From IMG/VR virus record IMGVR_UViG_3300017963_000192, positions 124,001 through 188,000 of that record: a DNA stretch of 64,000 nt. One strand, written 5' to 3'. Of the stretch, positions 7,641-18,068 are shown one piece after another (position 1 is the stretch's first letter; every line of letters starts with the position of its first letter). Made by a program: the position numbers and the translations under genes. The notes beneath the pieces are model-generated. The model did no database searches, was not told the origin of the DNA, and saw only the letters and a program-made list of their open reading frames with translations.

Positions 7641-9413
7641 TGCAACTTCTTCAACAGGTTCAATCTCCTCACCATATGGAGCAACTTCATAAAAATAAGA
7701 TCTTCTGTTTATAGGGTTTCCTCCAACAGAATCTCTTTCATTTATAGTTATTTTTATGTGTCTTGTTTCTCTTGAAGTTGCCAAAACTATTTTTGCAAAT
7801 GAACTCATAGCTTCTTGACCAGCTAATGTTTCTAATGCTTCAGAAACTCTTCTAAAAGCCTCCTCTTCATCGTTTATATACATAAATCTTGACATTACAT
7901 CTTTAACAACGTTATACCCAATATCTGAACCAGTTACCGAAATAAGTCTGCCCCCAACTTTATCCCATTCAATGTAACCTCGTATTGCAGGAAAGCCCTC
8001 TGATTCAATTAAATAATCACCAATCGAATGTCTTTCTTCAGTAGCCTCTTTCTCTCTATCTAATTCAAATGCATCAAGAACATCTTGACCTATTTTATTC
8101 CAAATATCAGTAACTTCTTTTATTGATAAATTCTCTTTTTCTACCCAATCAATAAAAACATCTTCTATTGTAGATACTCCTTTAACGTTGCTTGCGTATT
8201 TCCAAAATTCTTCAGATCTACTTTCTATTTTTTGGATGTATGTCTCTCCTATTTGTAATTCCTCTTCAATCCATTGTTTTGCTGCGGCTTGACATTCGTT
8301 GAGATTTCCCTTATCTTCTAATACCGAATGCATTTTCTTTAGAATTTCTCTCTCATCTTTTATATCTAAATCTTTTGCAATATCTGCTATTGATTTTGCA
8401 CTACCAACAGTTTGAATTTGTCTCGTGAATTCTCCTAATTTATCTATAACATTATCGTGAGATGCCGCTTTAGGCATATCCCCTTCTTCTGGTTCTTTTT
8501 TTGTTTCTTCTGGATTTCCTCCCTCAAGTCCACCTTTTTCTGCCTCTCCTGGTCTTCCTATGTTGGTTTCGGCTATCTCTGCTATTAATTCTGCATCTTC
8601 TTCAGTAACTTGCATACCAGTATTTTGAGAAATTAAATTAGGATCTCTTGAAGTTAATATTTTTCCTGTATCAGAAGTAATATCTTTTAAATCTTCTTCA
8701 GTAAGTACCGTTTCTGCAACTTTGATTCTATCAAAATTTTCGTAACTTATTTTATTATAATTTTCTATAGTATCTTTAAGTTTTTGATACCACCCTCTTA
8801 AAGGATTGGAAATCTCATCAGTTTCGTTTTCGTCAACCATTTGTGCTTTTTCTAACACAAAAGCAACAAACTTCTTTATAATTTCATCAGAGATATACCT
8901 TTTAATAGACTCTTTATCTTCAGTAACACCTTCTGGTGCTGGAGTCTCTGGTACGCTTGAAATGTCACTTTCTAAAACAGCATCCTCTTGAGCCCCCCTA
9001 ACTTTTAGGGGGAGTTCTGGGTTTGTTAGTCTATGTAACAGTTCCCTTATTCTACTTGCTTGTTTTAATAAAACGTTATCTAAAGAAGCCATTGGTTGTT
9101 CTCCTCTTTCCTTTTTAGATTTATAAGTTACATGCAATTGCATCTCATTTTGAAAAGCCCTATCAGTATGGTACTTTTCTTTAAATTGTTTCACAAGTTT
9201 TGACACTTCTTTTTTAGTAGCCAGTTCTATTGTGTCTACTTTAACACCACCCTCATAAATATCAACTAAGTAACCTTTTCCAACTTCAGCACCTGGTCTT
9301 TTTTTCTTAATAAAAATATCAACGCCAGCACCTGGGGTAACTTTTTCTCTACGTTTTGTTTCATCTTGAGAAGTGTCTTCCTCTTCGTGTATGTCTTCTT
9401 TAATTACTGGCAT
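7632..9413 (-). CDS. hypothetical acidic virion (head) protein
   Basis: 593-aa Glu-rich ORF next to the protease; KQAS/KAAS/KYAS motifs. Confidence 0.6.
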   Translation of the reverse strand: MPVIKEDIHEEEDTSQDETKRREKVTPGAGVDIFIKKKRPGAEVGKGYLVDIYEGGVKVDTIELATKKEVSKLVKQFKEKYHTDRAFQNEMQLHVTYKSKKERGEQPMASLDNVLLKQASRIRELLHRLTNPELPLKVRGAQEDAVLESDISSVPETPAPEGVTEDKESIKRYISDEIIKKFVAFVLEKAQMVDENETDEISNPLRGWYQKLKDTIENYNKISYENFDRIKVAETVLTEEDLKDITSDTGKILTSRDPNLISQNTGMQVTEEDAELIAEIAETNIGRPGEAEKGGLEGGNPEETKKEPEEGDMPKAASHDNVIDKLGEFTRQIQTVGSAKSIADIAKDLDIKDEREILKKMHSVLEDKGNLNECQAAAKQWIEEELQIGETYIQKIESRSEEFWKYASNVKGVSTIEDVFIDWVEKENLSIKEVTDIWNKIGQDVLDAFELDREKEATEERHSIGDYLIESEGFPAIRGYIEWDKVGGRLISVTGSDIGYNVVKDVMSRFMYINDEEEAFRRVSEALETLAGQEAMSSFAKIVLATSRETRHIKITINERDSVGGNPINRRSYFYEVAPYGEEIEPVEEVALF

Positions 9414-9440
9414 TATTACATTTCTTCTAATTTAAGATTC

Positions 9441-10325
9441 TTATGCCACTTTTAAATTTTCTAATCTATATATTAATTGATCAAACTGATTTGATAGTCT
9501 CTTTTTTTCGCTAATTGTACTAGCGTCCTTAATCATTCTATATATTGTGTTCATAAGATATATAACTTCTTGACCTTCTTCTGTATTAGCTACTTTAAGT
9601 AATCTTCCAGGAAGTATATCACTAACAGCATCAATAACGTATGCAGTATTACATGCGGGACTAGAAACTACAGACAATTCATAAAAATCCACACCTTTTA
9701 GTAATTCTGCAACTCTTCTCCCGTTATACCTTCCACCTCTTTGATATGTGAGGTGTGAGCACATATCAGATTCCTTAACAATCTTTTTACCACAACATGT
9801 TGCTATTGAATATTTAATAGAACATCCCATAGAAACAGGAACTCTTGTAGGATATTTTTGAAGAGTTCTAGCAATACTCGGTGCTTTTTTAGAATCCAAA
9901 CCATACAGACACACAACGTGACCATCTTCATAATCCTTAGTCATCATCATAGAATCGAAAAGCAATCCTATAGAATTTTCAAAAGACTGACTCTGGTGAT
10001 CTTTATAAAGAGCGGCAGTTCTAAATGTTTGGTATCTTGGTATCCCTTTTTCTGGGTGAATCTCTTCCAATTCAGTACGATCAAAATAATCAGCATTTTT
10101 ATTAACCTTAGATTCCCAAATACCTTTACCGTATTTACCATAGAAATCGCCAAAGTCTAATGCTCTTGTTGTACCGTAAATATAATCTTCAACAATTGGA
10201 GAAAGCCAATGCGTTCCTCTTTTAGTTTCAATTATTTCAGCTATTTTGTCCTTGTCTTTTTTACTGAACTCTTTGAATTGTTTATAGGTACTCGTTCTTC
10301 CGTAAATTGGTCTTACATTACTCAT
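9441..10325 (-). CDS. prohead maturation protease
   Basis: NKNADYF, YKDH (His), VSMGC (catalytic Ser), FYELSVVSSPAC; CCG..CSH zinc insert. Confidence 0.8.
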   Translation of the reverse strand: MSNVRPIYGRTSTYKQFKEFSKKDKDKIAEIIETKRGTHWLSPIVEDYIYGTTRALDFGDFYGKYGKGIWESKVNKNADYFDRTELEEIHPEKGIPRYQTFRTAALYKDHQSQSFENSIGLLFDSMMMTKDYEDGHVVCLYGLDSKKAPSIARTLQKYPTRVPVSMGCSIKYSIATCCGKKIVKESDMCSHLTYQRGGRYNGRRVAELLKGVDFYELSVVSSPACNTAYVIDAVSDILPGRLLKVANTEEGQEVIYLMNTIYRMIKDASTISEKKRLSNQFDQLIYRLENLKVA

Positions 10326-10547
10326 TGATAATCTCCTATTTAAAGTTCTCCTAGATTTTCTTCCTCTTGATAAATTGCAGCCTCTAAATCATCATCACTT
10401 ATTAACATACTTTTAAGTTCAAGTCCTAAAAGATATTCCTCATCACCTTCTGTTGATTCTAACATTAAATTGTATGCTGCATCTTCTACTAGCTCTGCCG
10501 GAACACTATGTCCAGCACAAATTACCTCATTATGGTCTATAGTTTTC

Positions 10548-11303
10548 TTAAATATTATCCATCATTCTTCTTTGTTCTTTAATTTTCTTTTTATCTATAA
10601 GGTGAGATTCACTTATAAAATCTATATCCACATTTAAATGCAAATCATCACCCTCTATTTTAGTTACAATTATTTTAGGAGTTTCAAAATTAGGAACTCC
10701 CTCAATACCTCCAGAGATATCTTCAGCCAAAATCTCTCTAAACAAGTAATCCTCTTCTTCAGTTGAAAAATAAATTGAAATTGCATAGTTAACATCATCT
10801 TCGGTAAGTTCTCTTTCCTCATCAGCACTATAAAGAATATCTTCAACAGCTTTTAATAAAAGAGACAAACTCACTTTACTATCAAATGATGCATCTCCTT
10901 CTGGCATTATATACTCTTGTCCATAATCATCTTCTTCTTTGTAAAAAGATAGATTAACATTAAGGTTTTCGACATTAGTTTTAAATTGGTTAGCAATTTT
11001 TACATCTGGAGAATCTTCAAAAATTGCTGTTTTCAAGAGTTCATTTATCCCATCAATATTCTTTAAATTCATTCTTAAACTCCTTTCTTCAGCTTCTTTT
11101 TCCATCTTTTTTAACTTTGTATAATAATCTGGTATCTCGTAAAGGTGATCGAGTGCTATAAGTTCAGCAACTTCTCTATTATTAGTATGTTCCATTTCAA
11201 CTTCAATACCCATATCTAATTGTTTTTGATCAACCTCGTTCGGAGTTAAATGTTTTCCAATCCCTTCCCAATTATCTGTATTAATTGTTACAGAAAACTT
11301 CAT
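10548..11303 (-). CDS. DUF5661-like N-terminal domain virion protein
   Basis: QLDMGIEVEMEHT..IALDHLYEIPDYYTKLKKME. Confidence 0.65.
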   Translation of the reverse strand: MKFSVTINTDNWEGIGKHLTPNEVDQKQLDMGIEVEMEHTNNREVAELIALDHLYEIPDYYTKLKKMEKEAEERSLRMNLKNIDGINELLKTAIFEDSPDVKIANQFKTNVENLNVNLSFYKEEDDYGQEYIMPEGDASFDSKVSLSLLLKAVEDILYSADEERELTEDDVNYAISIYFSTEEEDYLFREILAEDISGGIEGVPNFETPKIIVTKIEGDDLHLNVDIDFISESHLIDKKKIKEQRRMMDNI

Positions 11304-11368
11304 GGCAATTCTCCTTTTAACCTTTTAAATTTAAAAAGTAATAAAATTTTGGCTAATTTTAAGTTTGT

Positions 11369-11827
11369 TTAGATAAGTTTTCTTGATTCCAATGCCATTT
11401 TTAAGAACTCCATAAATAACTGTAATGTTTCAGCATCCATCTCTACAAGACACGTTTCTGGTAGGGTTTCTTGCTGTTCTTCTGTTATAAATAAAATGGC
11501 ATTATCAATAATTTGTGATGGGTTTTCTTGCGGTAAAATTTGTTCAAAATCCTCTATACACTCTTCTTCTTGACTACTCAATCCATCAGGATATGTTTTA
11601 TAATATAATCTTTCAGCATCCTCATCAGATATGTTAAAATCATCCATTATTAAATCTTTTATTTGTTGTTTGTCTAATCCTTTTTGCTGTCTAATCCATA
11701 CAATTATTTCTTGTTCTTTTTGTGAGTCAAATCTTTGATAAGCCTGGGGTTTAGCAGGAGAATTTATAATTGAAGGATTGCTCTGCATCATAAAAGCAAA
11801 TTTTCTTTTTATTAATTCTTTATACAT
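11369..11827 (-). CDS. hypothetical protein
   Basis: 152-aa ORF in the head operon. Confidence 0.55.
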   Translation of the reverse strand: MYKELIKRKFAFMMQSNPSIINSPAKPQAYQRFDSQKEQEIIVWIRQQKGLDKQQIKDLIMDDFNISDEDAERLYYKTYPDGLSSQEEECIEDFEQILPQENPSQIIDNAILFITEEQQETLPETCLVEMDAETLQLFMEFLKMALESRKLI

Positions 11828-11829
11828 AA

Positions 11830-11976
11830 TTATCTGTTTATTTCCTTAAAAGAAAATTTCTTATCAATTACTGTTACAACAATATTTAAATAATATTCCT
11901 TATTGCATTTAGAACATTTTACAAAATAAGAATCTTCCAATATTAAAAAAGATTCATTTCCACAAGTACATTTCAT
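11830..11976 (-). CDS. small zinc-ribbon protein (48 aa, not in ORF track)
   Basis: MKCTCGNESF..VKCSKCNKEY; fills the gap between neighbouring genes exactly. Confidence 0.6.
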   Translation of the reverse strand: MKCTCGNESFLILEDSYFVKCSKCNKEYYLNIVVTVIDKKFSFKEINR

Positions 11977-11979
11977 TTT

Positions 11980-12225
11980 TTATTGCAAAAGAATTCTCTC
12001 TAAATCCTCAATTGCAAGTTCTTCTTTTTCTTCAGCAGCCATAAAATCTTTGCACTTTTGTAAGTATTCACCCATCATTTGTTTTTTCTCATCAATAACG
12101 GCATGTTCCTCTTGTTCCGCACTTTGAAGATCTTGTAAAGCATCCCTTGCTTCCTCAACTTGTTGTTCTGCATCCATTGATTTTCTTACTAGTTCATTTA
12201 TATTATTTGCTTTTCTAAATTCCAT
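11980..12225 (-). CDS. small coiled-coil putative internal head protein
   Basis: GAGGT RBS; N-terminal MEFRKANNINELV motif. Confidence 0.65.
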   Translation of the reverse strand: MEFRKANNINELVRKSMDAEQQVEEARDALQDLQSAEQEEHAVIDEKKQMMGEYLQKCKDFMAAEEKEELAIEDLERILLQ

Positions 12226-12236
12226 TTTAACACCTC

Positions 12237-12614
12237 TTATATTGTGTATCCTAACAACTTCAAAAAATCATCTCTATAATCCATAATTTTTTGAATGGTT
12301 TCCGCATCTTGTTGCACAGAAAGTTTATTAATTAACCCATTTGCAAATTCATTTATTAATTCTTGAAGTTCTTGCGTAGTCCATTTAAATGCTTGATCTT
12401 CTTTTACCATTTCTTCCATACTTTTAATATTTCTAAACTCCATTTCAAATCCTCCATGTATCTTCATATCCCTTAAATGAGATTTAGCCTCTTCCTCCGT
12501 TTTGTGGGAAGATATTATTTTCCCGTTCTTATGATCTTTTATAACCCAAGGTGCTGATTCACCTTTAGAGTTTTTATGACCTTCTACGTGTTGTATGTAA
12601 CTATACTTGTTCAT
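12237..12614 (-). CDS. putative internal head protein
   Basis: WVIKDHKNGKIISSHKTEEEAKSHL module; internal MEFRNIKSMEEMV motif with its own GGAGG RBS. Confidence 0.6.
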   Translation of the reverse strand: MNKYSYIQHVEGHKNSKGESAPWVIKDHKNGKIISSHKTEEEAKSHLRDMKIHGGFEMEFRNIKSMEEMVKEDQAFKWTTQELQELINEFANGLINKLSVQQDAETIQKIMDYRDDFLKLLGYTI

Positions 12615-13251
12615 CTTTTATTTTAAAATTTATTGTTCCTTTTTCTTTGTCTAAATAAATAAAAGCCTCTTCAATATTTTCGATGTTGTTTTCTTTAGCT
12701 ATTTTTCTCAAAGTTCTTTCAATATTAAAATAATCATCATCACTTAATTTCATTTCGTTTGCATAAACGTTGCGTCTAAAAAAATCAGCTTCTTGTTCCA
12801 TTCCATTTTCCATAAGAAAGTCATATACTTGATGTTTTAATTCAGTATTCCCTTCTGTTTCTCTTTTTACATATGATATATTACCATTAATAAAACTCTC
12901 CGCAAGTTTCATTACAATTCTTTCTTGCATCCCTGATTCTTCAGAAGATTTTCTCTTTTGTGATAATGGTCCTGATTTTCCAGGTCCATGAACTTTTGTT
13001 GGTTCGTCTAAATATTTCTTTGGTATTTTATCTATAATAGTTCTCATGATATACTCCTTTGATTTATTATATTTTTTACCGCTTTCTTCAATAGCTTTTA
13101 TCTGATCTAAAAGTTTTTTAGGAGCACCTTTAGATTTTAGATAACTAATCCATTGTCCAGGGGTTCTCCCTTTCTTTGCAAATTTGTCGTAAAAATTATT
13201 TATCTTCATTTCTCTTGATATTTCCATATTACTCTCCTTTATGTTTTTCAC
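12601..13251 (-). CDS. hypothetical virion protein (start probably MEISR near 13227)
   Basis: ORF in head operon; AGGAG RBS before the second Met. Confidence 0.55.
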   Translation of the reverse strand: MKNIKESNMEISREMKINNFYDKFAKKGRTPGQWISYLKSKGAPKKLLDQIKAIEESGKKYNKSKEYIMRTIIDKIPKKYLDEPTKVHGPGKSGPLSQKRKSSEESGMQERIVMKLAESFINGNISYVKRETEGNTELKHQVYDFLMENGMEQEADFFRRNVYANEMKLSDDDYFNIERTLRKIAKENNIENIEEAFIYLDKEKGTINFKIKDEQV

Positions 13252-13723
13252 TATGAAAAACTATTTTTTCTTTTGACTCCTCTTCAAGAGGAAAATCTTC
13301 ATATTTAAATATATCTGGCATATCTTCTGGGACATCAACAGTTTTTTTGTTTGATGCAACATCTAACATCTTTAAAATTTCATCATATATTTTAGGATTT
13401 GGATTTTTTACACCTAAACTTCTGGCTACTTCTTTAAATTTATCTAAATTAATAAAAGGAGATGCCTCTAATTCATTGTTTATAATGTATATATAAGCCT
13501 CTATATCATTTCTCCAATTAGGTAAATGCCCATACAAATTTTCTAGCTTTCCCCAAGTAACATCGTAGTATCGACTATCTGCTTTTCTATCTAATACTTT
13601 GTTTATAAGATTTGACAATCTTATTTCATCTCGTATCCGAGACGCTATGTCTCTTCTTTTTTTAGAAGATAACAATTTATTGATGTCTACAGCATTTCTA
13701 AAATTCATATTATAATTCCTCAA
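13229..13723 (-). CDS. putative internal head protein
   Basis: MNFRNAVDINKLL motif; RKAD site. Confidence 0.55.
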   Translation of the reverse strand: MRNYNMNFRNAVDINKLLSSKKRRDIASRIRDEIRLSNLINKVLDRKADSRYYDVTWGKLENLYGHLPNWRNDIEAYIYIINNELEASPFINLDKFKEVARSLGVKNPNPKIYDEILKMLDVASNKKTVDVPEDMPDIFKYEDFPLEEESKEKIVFHSEKHKGE

Positions 13724-16700
13724 ACGATTTTTTTAACTCATCATTTAATAGGTGTGGATAGTCAATCCATAATCTTAAATTTTCTACAAATATAAGTACT
13801 TCATCTGTTTCGTGACCGTTAAGACACTTACCATTGACATCCCACAACTTACCTTGTTTTAACTTATAATTAACTTCGGGACTATCCTTGAATTTTTCAC
13901 TTAATTTAAAACCTCTAGGATTATCTGGATCATCAGATATTGGTTCAATTTGATTGAAAACTTTGTATGTACTCATTTCTTCTTGAGATAAATCAAAATT
14001 GCTTTGTTTAAAAGCTTTTCTTATAACTTTTTCATTAGAGTCATTTACAACTGTTATATGTTTAAGTAGACTTTCAGTAAAACTACACTCTTCCATACCA
14101 ACCCAATTAGATATATAGAGATTTTTACCTTGATTAAAGACAGGAATCATTCCTTTCTTTTGAATTTTTTCATAAGAAAGAGTATTCCTAATTAAATTGT
14201 TTTTAGCATCTTTATCCGGTATATCACTATATTTCTTCTCTAGTTTTTCTTTTTGACTTGTCTCCCATTCCTCTAAATCAACAACATCTAACACAAAAAT
14301 TATATTATCATAATCTTTCTTTATAAACTTACCCACTTTATTTAAAAACCTAGAAAGTTGAGGAATATATTCAATAGGACAATCCTTTACATTTATTCCA
14401 GCTATTGAATGTGAACGATGTCTTTGAATATGAGGATCAACATTGTTTCCAAATTCTTCATCATCAAATCCTTCAATACAAGGATACATTATCAAAATTT
14501 CGTTTTTAGCAGAAATTATAGAACCTAGATTTCTACCTTTGCTTAACAATTGTTTAACACCATATCTTAAACCATCATTTTTAACGACATTACTTAATTT
14601 AACAGTATAAACCCCTTGTTCCTGGTACCCTTTTAACTGTCCGTATGCAAAGCAAGTGTTACCAAGATTTCTTAAATGTTTGAAAATTTCAGATTTATCT
14701 AAATTTGAAGATGCAAACATTTTAGTCCATTCCTCAAATTCTCTTGATAGCATTAAATCAGAATAATCTGTTAAATCATCACTATCAGAATAATATTCCT
14801 GATGTATAGGGTAGAATTCAGTAACGCTATATGAATGGAGTTTGCCTTGTTTATATAAATTGGTGAGTATTTTAGAAATATCTTCATTTTCTTGAAGTAT
14901 CCCCTCTTTAAAATCACCATTGCTCTTTTTATCAATCACACTTAATTTATTATTTAAATTAATTAGTAATAATTTAACTTCAGAAGGTATACTAGGTGAT
15001 TCAAGATTTTTGAACCAAGTATCATCATCAACAGGATGAAGATTTTTAGTTATTTCACTATCAAAGTCAGCTTCTTTAACTTTTATTTCTTCTGGACTTG
15101 GTTTAGCTGTTTCAACAGTTCCCTCTTTTCCAATAAATTCTCTTGATTCAGATTCTAAGTCTTCAATATCTTCTTTTGAAATTTCTTCTGTTTCTGCTGT
15201 TTTTTTCTTACCAAGTCCCAACTTGTCTTTAATCTTTGCCGTAACACTACCCGTAGGAGGAGGTGTTCCACCAAGAGGTGAGCCAACACCAGCAGCACTA
15301 CCAACTAATGGATGAATAAAAGCACCAATCTTTTCTTCGAGTTCTTTTTGTTTCTTTTTATTACTTAATTCGTCTTCTAAGCTCATCCCCATTAATTGAA
15401 GAAGTGTTATAGCACTTATAGGTCCTTTACCTTGAGCATAAACATTATTCATAAAAGTCATAAATGCTTGGTCGTCACGCATCATTAATTTTTTATGCCA
15501 TAGTATTTTAGGAACAATGAGACGTTCTTCTAATTCTCTTCCAGATCTACTTACTCTGTATTGTCCAACTAATTCTTTCTTGTCCCTTCTGTACCAATTA
15601 TTTTTCTCTGCCATTATTCTAAAAAATTTATCTTGTATCCAAAGTACTTGAAATAAGTCTCTTTTAGCTTTATACCTTGATAGCTGAACTTGAAGACCAA
15701 CATTTGCTGAATTATATGTTCCTACATTATCAACAAGATAGCTATGGCTGTTTTCAACAGTTAAATTATAAACTTTTTTAGTATTTTTAATCGATTCAAC
15801 AGATTTTACCATTAAATAAACATAATTATCATCAACAAATGCTTTTTGTCCTTTAAATTTATGAGAATCATCAAAGTCAAACGTGCATTCTTCTTCCCAA
15901 ATTAATTTTGCCAAATCAAATGCAAATTTACCATAAATATCGAGTCTAATAATTGGTTTTCTTTTATATTTTGAAGTTAAATTTCTCTTATTGTTATCTT
16001 GTATTGTCCAATTAACTGGAAAACCTATTTGAGCTAATATCAATTCGATTTGATTTGCTAAAATTTTTGAGGTGGTAGTAAAATGAACAGTATGTTGTCC
16101 ATTTCTTTTATTTATTTGATGACAACCATCCCCTCTAAAAATTCCTTTAATCAGTTCTTTCTTTAAATTTAAAGACCAGCCCATCACTTCTTTAGATAAT
16201 TGTTTTTTGTGAGAATATTCTCCAGCGTGTTTCTTAAACCAATTTACTTTATCTTTAACTATATTTTGAGTGATTGATCTTAAATGCAGTGCCCCTTGCT
16301 TGTTAGAAAAACTTGAAATTGGAATTCCTTCTATTGCACAAAGATTTGTTACATCATCTATGTATTTACTTTCATTTTCTCCAAAACATAATCTAATTCC
16401 ATGCAATTCTTTTGTGGTGTGGTGCTTTTCATAACAACCTTCAGCTATAAAATAACCAAGAAGTCTGGCTGATGTTTCTGTAGTATTTGTATCAACTTCT
16501 ACAAAATTTCTTGGAATCATTAAGTAATCCCATTGTTTGATTTCTTCTGCTTTTAATTTCTTAATAGGGTTATAATTTATAGGTAATCCACTTATATATT
16601 TTTTTCTAATTGTTGTCCTTCCTATATCTATTGGATTTAATTTAATTCTTGGTGATTTTCCAATAGAATGAGCGTAGAGTTTGCCCGCATTAACCTCACG

Positions 16701-18068
16701 ACCACATCCACACGCACATTTACGAGGCCATGTCCACACAGACCACTTGTGATTATCAGTACATTTAAACTTCTTTCCTCCCCAAAGGGTTATTTCAATT
16801 ATATTGTTAGGAATCCCCTCGTCCCAATTATCTGTAACTTTTTGTTCCATACCATCTTTATCAATAACAGAATCCCCTACTTCAATATCTTCAACGTTTT
16901 TATATCCTTGAGGAGTTGTGATTTTTGTACCTTTTGTAAAACAAGCATAAGTTGATTCCCCACTTAAAAATTGTTTTCCTACTCCAAGAGCAACCATTTT
17001 CTTCTCTGTAATGTCTGACCACTCTTTTTCAAGTCTCATAACCTTGTCTGCAACAGTAACATATTCAACATTTAAGCCATAATGATAGATTAAACTAAAG
17101 TTTGGGTCGAAAGTTGACTGTTGTAACATTTGAGCCAATGCTCTTTGGTGCGTTTCGTTAGGAATCCACCCCTTGTTAGCGTCACCTAGTTTAAAAATCT
17201 TTAAAGGATAGATAAAGTTGTCAGCAATTGTGATTTGAGCCTCTCTTAATTTGTCTTCGTACATCAAAAGCCTAAAAATTCGGCTTATTATTGAAGTTCC
17301 TCTAACATCATAAGGGTTACTTCTTCTTGCAATGTGTGTAACCTCATCTGGATCAAGTGTTATGTTTTTTCCTGTTAAAACTCTTCTAAAAACGTCTTGT
17401 GGGAGTCTTCCTTTAAGTCTTTGATCTTCGGGTTTTGTTGAATGTACTAAAGATTTAAGTTCATCGTCTGGTATAAGCTCAATTACGCTTTCCTGGTCTG
17501 CAAAAGGAGTGAATCTTACTTCAATAAAATCAGGATTATGAACTATAATATCTTCCCACATTCCAGTTTTACTGTTCCAAGGAGTGTGAATGAAAATTTC
17601 TCCAATTTTCATAAATTCCAAGTCTATTGCGGGTAATTTCGAGAAAAATCCTGTTTTTTCAATACATTCTTGAATATGTGTGTTAATATGAGGGTCATCA
17701 ACTACAATTTCTGCTTTTGAATAAGGTAATTCTGCATGAACATCTAAAACGGCTCCTACTAATTCATCATGATCGTAAAACCATCTACACCATCTATTTA
17801 TTTGCTTTAAAGTTCGTGGTAAATAAATAGCTGTGGTAGTAATCTCTGGATCATAGAATCTTCTGGAAGGATTTCTTAATATATTATTTCCCGCACCGTA
17901 TGCGGCAATTTGATTAAGAAGATTTCCACCACCTAATCCCAAAGATTGAAACTGACCACTCGTTCCTTTCTTAATTCTTTCCCTATCTGTTTCAGCATTA
18001 ATTGTTCTTGGTAACATATCCTGAAAACTTTCAGGTAAAGGAACATTTTCTTGATTGATTGTAGGCAT
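13710..18068 (-). CDS. portal protein with intein and long C-terminal extension
   Basis: WCRWFYDHDELVGAVLDVHAELP, THIARRSNPYDVRGTSII, PLKIFKLGD, GESTYA/SANVGLQ. Confidence 0.85.
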   Translation of the reverse strand: MPTINQENVPLPESFQDMLPRTINAETDRERIKKGTSGQFQSLGLGGGNLLNQIAAYGAGNNILRNPSRRFYDPEITTTAIYLPRTLKQINRWCRWFYDHDELVGAVLDVHAELPYSKAEIVVDDPHINTHIQECIEKTGFFSKLPAIDLEFMKIGEIFIHTPWNSKTGMWEDIIVHNPDFIEVRFTPFADQESVIELIPDDELKSLVHSTKPEDQRLKGRLPQDVFRRVLTGKNITLDPDEVTHIARRSNPYDVRGTSIISRIFRLLMYEDKLREAQITIADNFIYPLKIFKLGDANKGWIPNETHQRALAQMLQQSTFDPNFSLIYHYGLNVEYVTVADKVMRLEKEWSDITEKKMVALGVGKQFLSGESTYACFTKGTKITTPQGYKNVEDIEVGDSVIDKDGMEQKVTDNWDEGIPNNIIEITLWGGKKFKCTDNHKWSVWTWPRKCACGCGREVNAGKLYAHSIGKSPRIKLNPIDIGRTTIRKKYISGLPINYNPIKKLKAEEIKQWDYLMIPRNFVEVDTNTTETSARLLGYFIAEGCYEKHHTTKELHGIRLCFGENESKYIDDVTNLCAIEGIPISSFSNKQGALHLRSITQNIVKDKVNWFKKHAGEYSHKKQLSKEVMGWSLNLKKELIKGIFRGDGCHQINKRNGQHTVHFTTTSKILANQIELILAQIGFPVNWTIQDNNKRNLTSKYKRKPIIRLDIYGKFAFDLAKLIWEEECTFDFDDSHKFKGQKAFVDDNYVYLMVKSVESIKNTKKVYNLTVENSHSYLVDNVGTYNSANVGLQVQLSRYKAKRDLFQVLWIQDKFFRIMAEKNNWYRRDKKELVGQYRVSRSGRELEERLIVPKILWHKKLMMRDDQAFMTFMNNVYAQGKGPISAITLLQLMGMSLEDELSNKKKQKELEEKIGAFIHPLVGSAAGVGSPLGGTPPPTGSVTAKIKDKLGLGKKKTAETEEISKEDIEDLESESREFIGKEGTVETAKPSPEEIKVKEADFDSEITKNLHPVDDDTWFKNLESPSIPSEVKLLLINLNNKLSVIDKKSNGDFKEGILQENEDISKILTNLYKQGKLHSYSVTEFYPIHQEYYSDSDDLTDYSDLMLSREFEEWTKMFASSNLDKSEIFKHLRNLGNTCFAYGQLKGYQEQGVYTVKLSNVVKNDGLRYGVKQLLSKGRNLGSIISAKNEILIMYPCIEGFDDEEFGNNVDPHIQRHRSHSIAGINVKDCPIEYIPQLSRFLNKVGKFIKKDYDNIIFVLDVVDLEEWETSQKEKLEKKYSDIPDKDAKNNLIRNTLSYEKIQKKGMIPVFNQGKNLYISNWVGMEECSFTESLLKHITVVNDSNEKVIRKAFKQSNFDLSQEEMSTYKVFNQIEPISDDPDNPRGFKLSEKFKDSPEVNYKLKQGKLWDVNGKCLNGHETDEVLIFVENLRLWIDYPHLLNDELKKSFEEL
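15711..16943 (-). mobile_element. LAGLIDADG intein in portal (411 aa)
   Basis: CFTKGT..KCTDNHKW..LLGYFIAEG..GIFRGDG..VGTYN|S. Confidence 0.9.
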
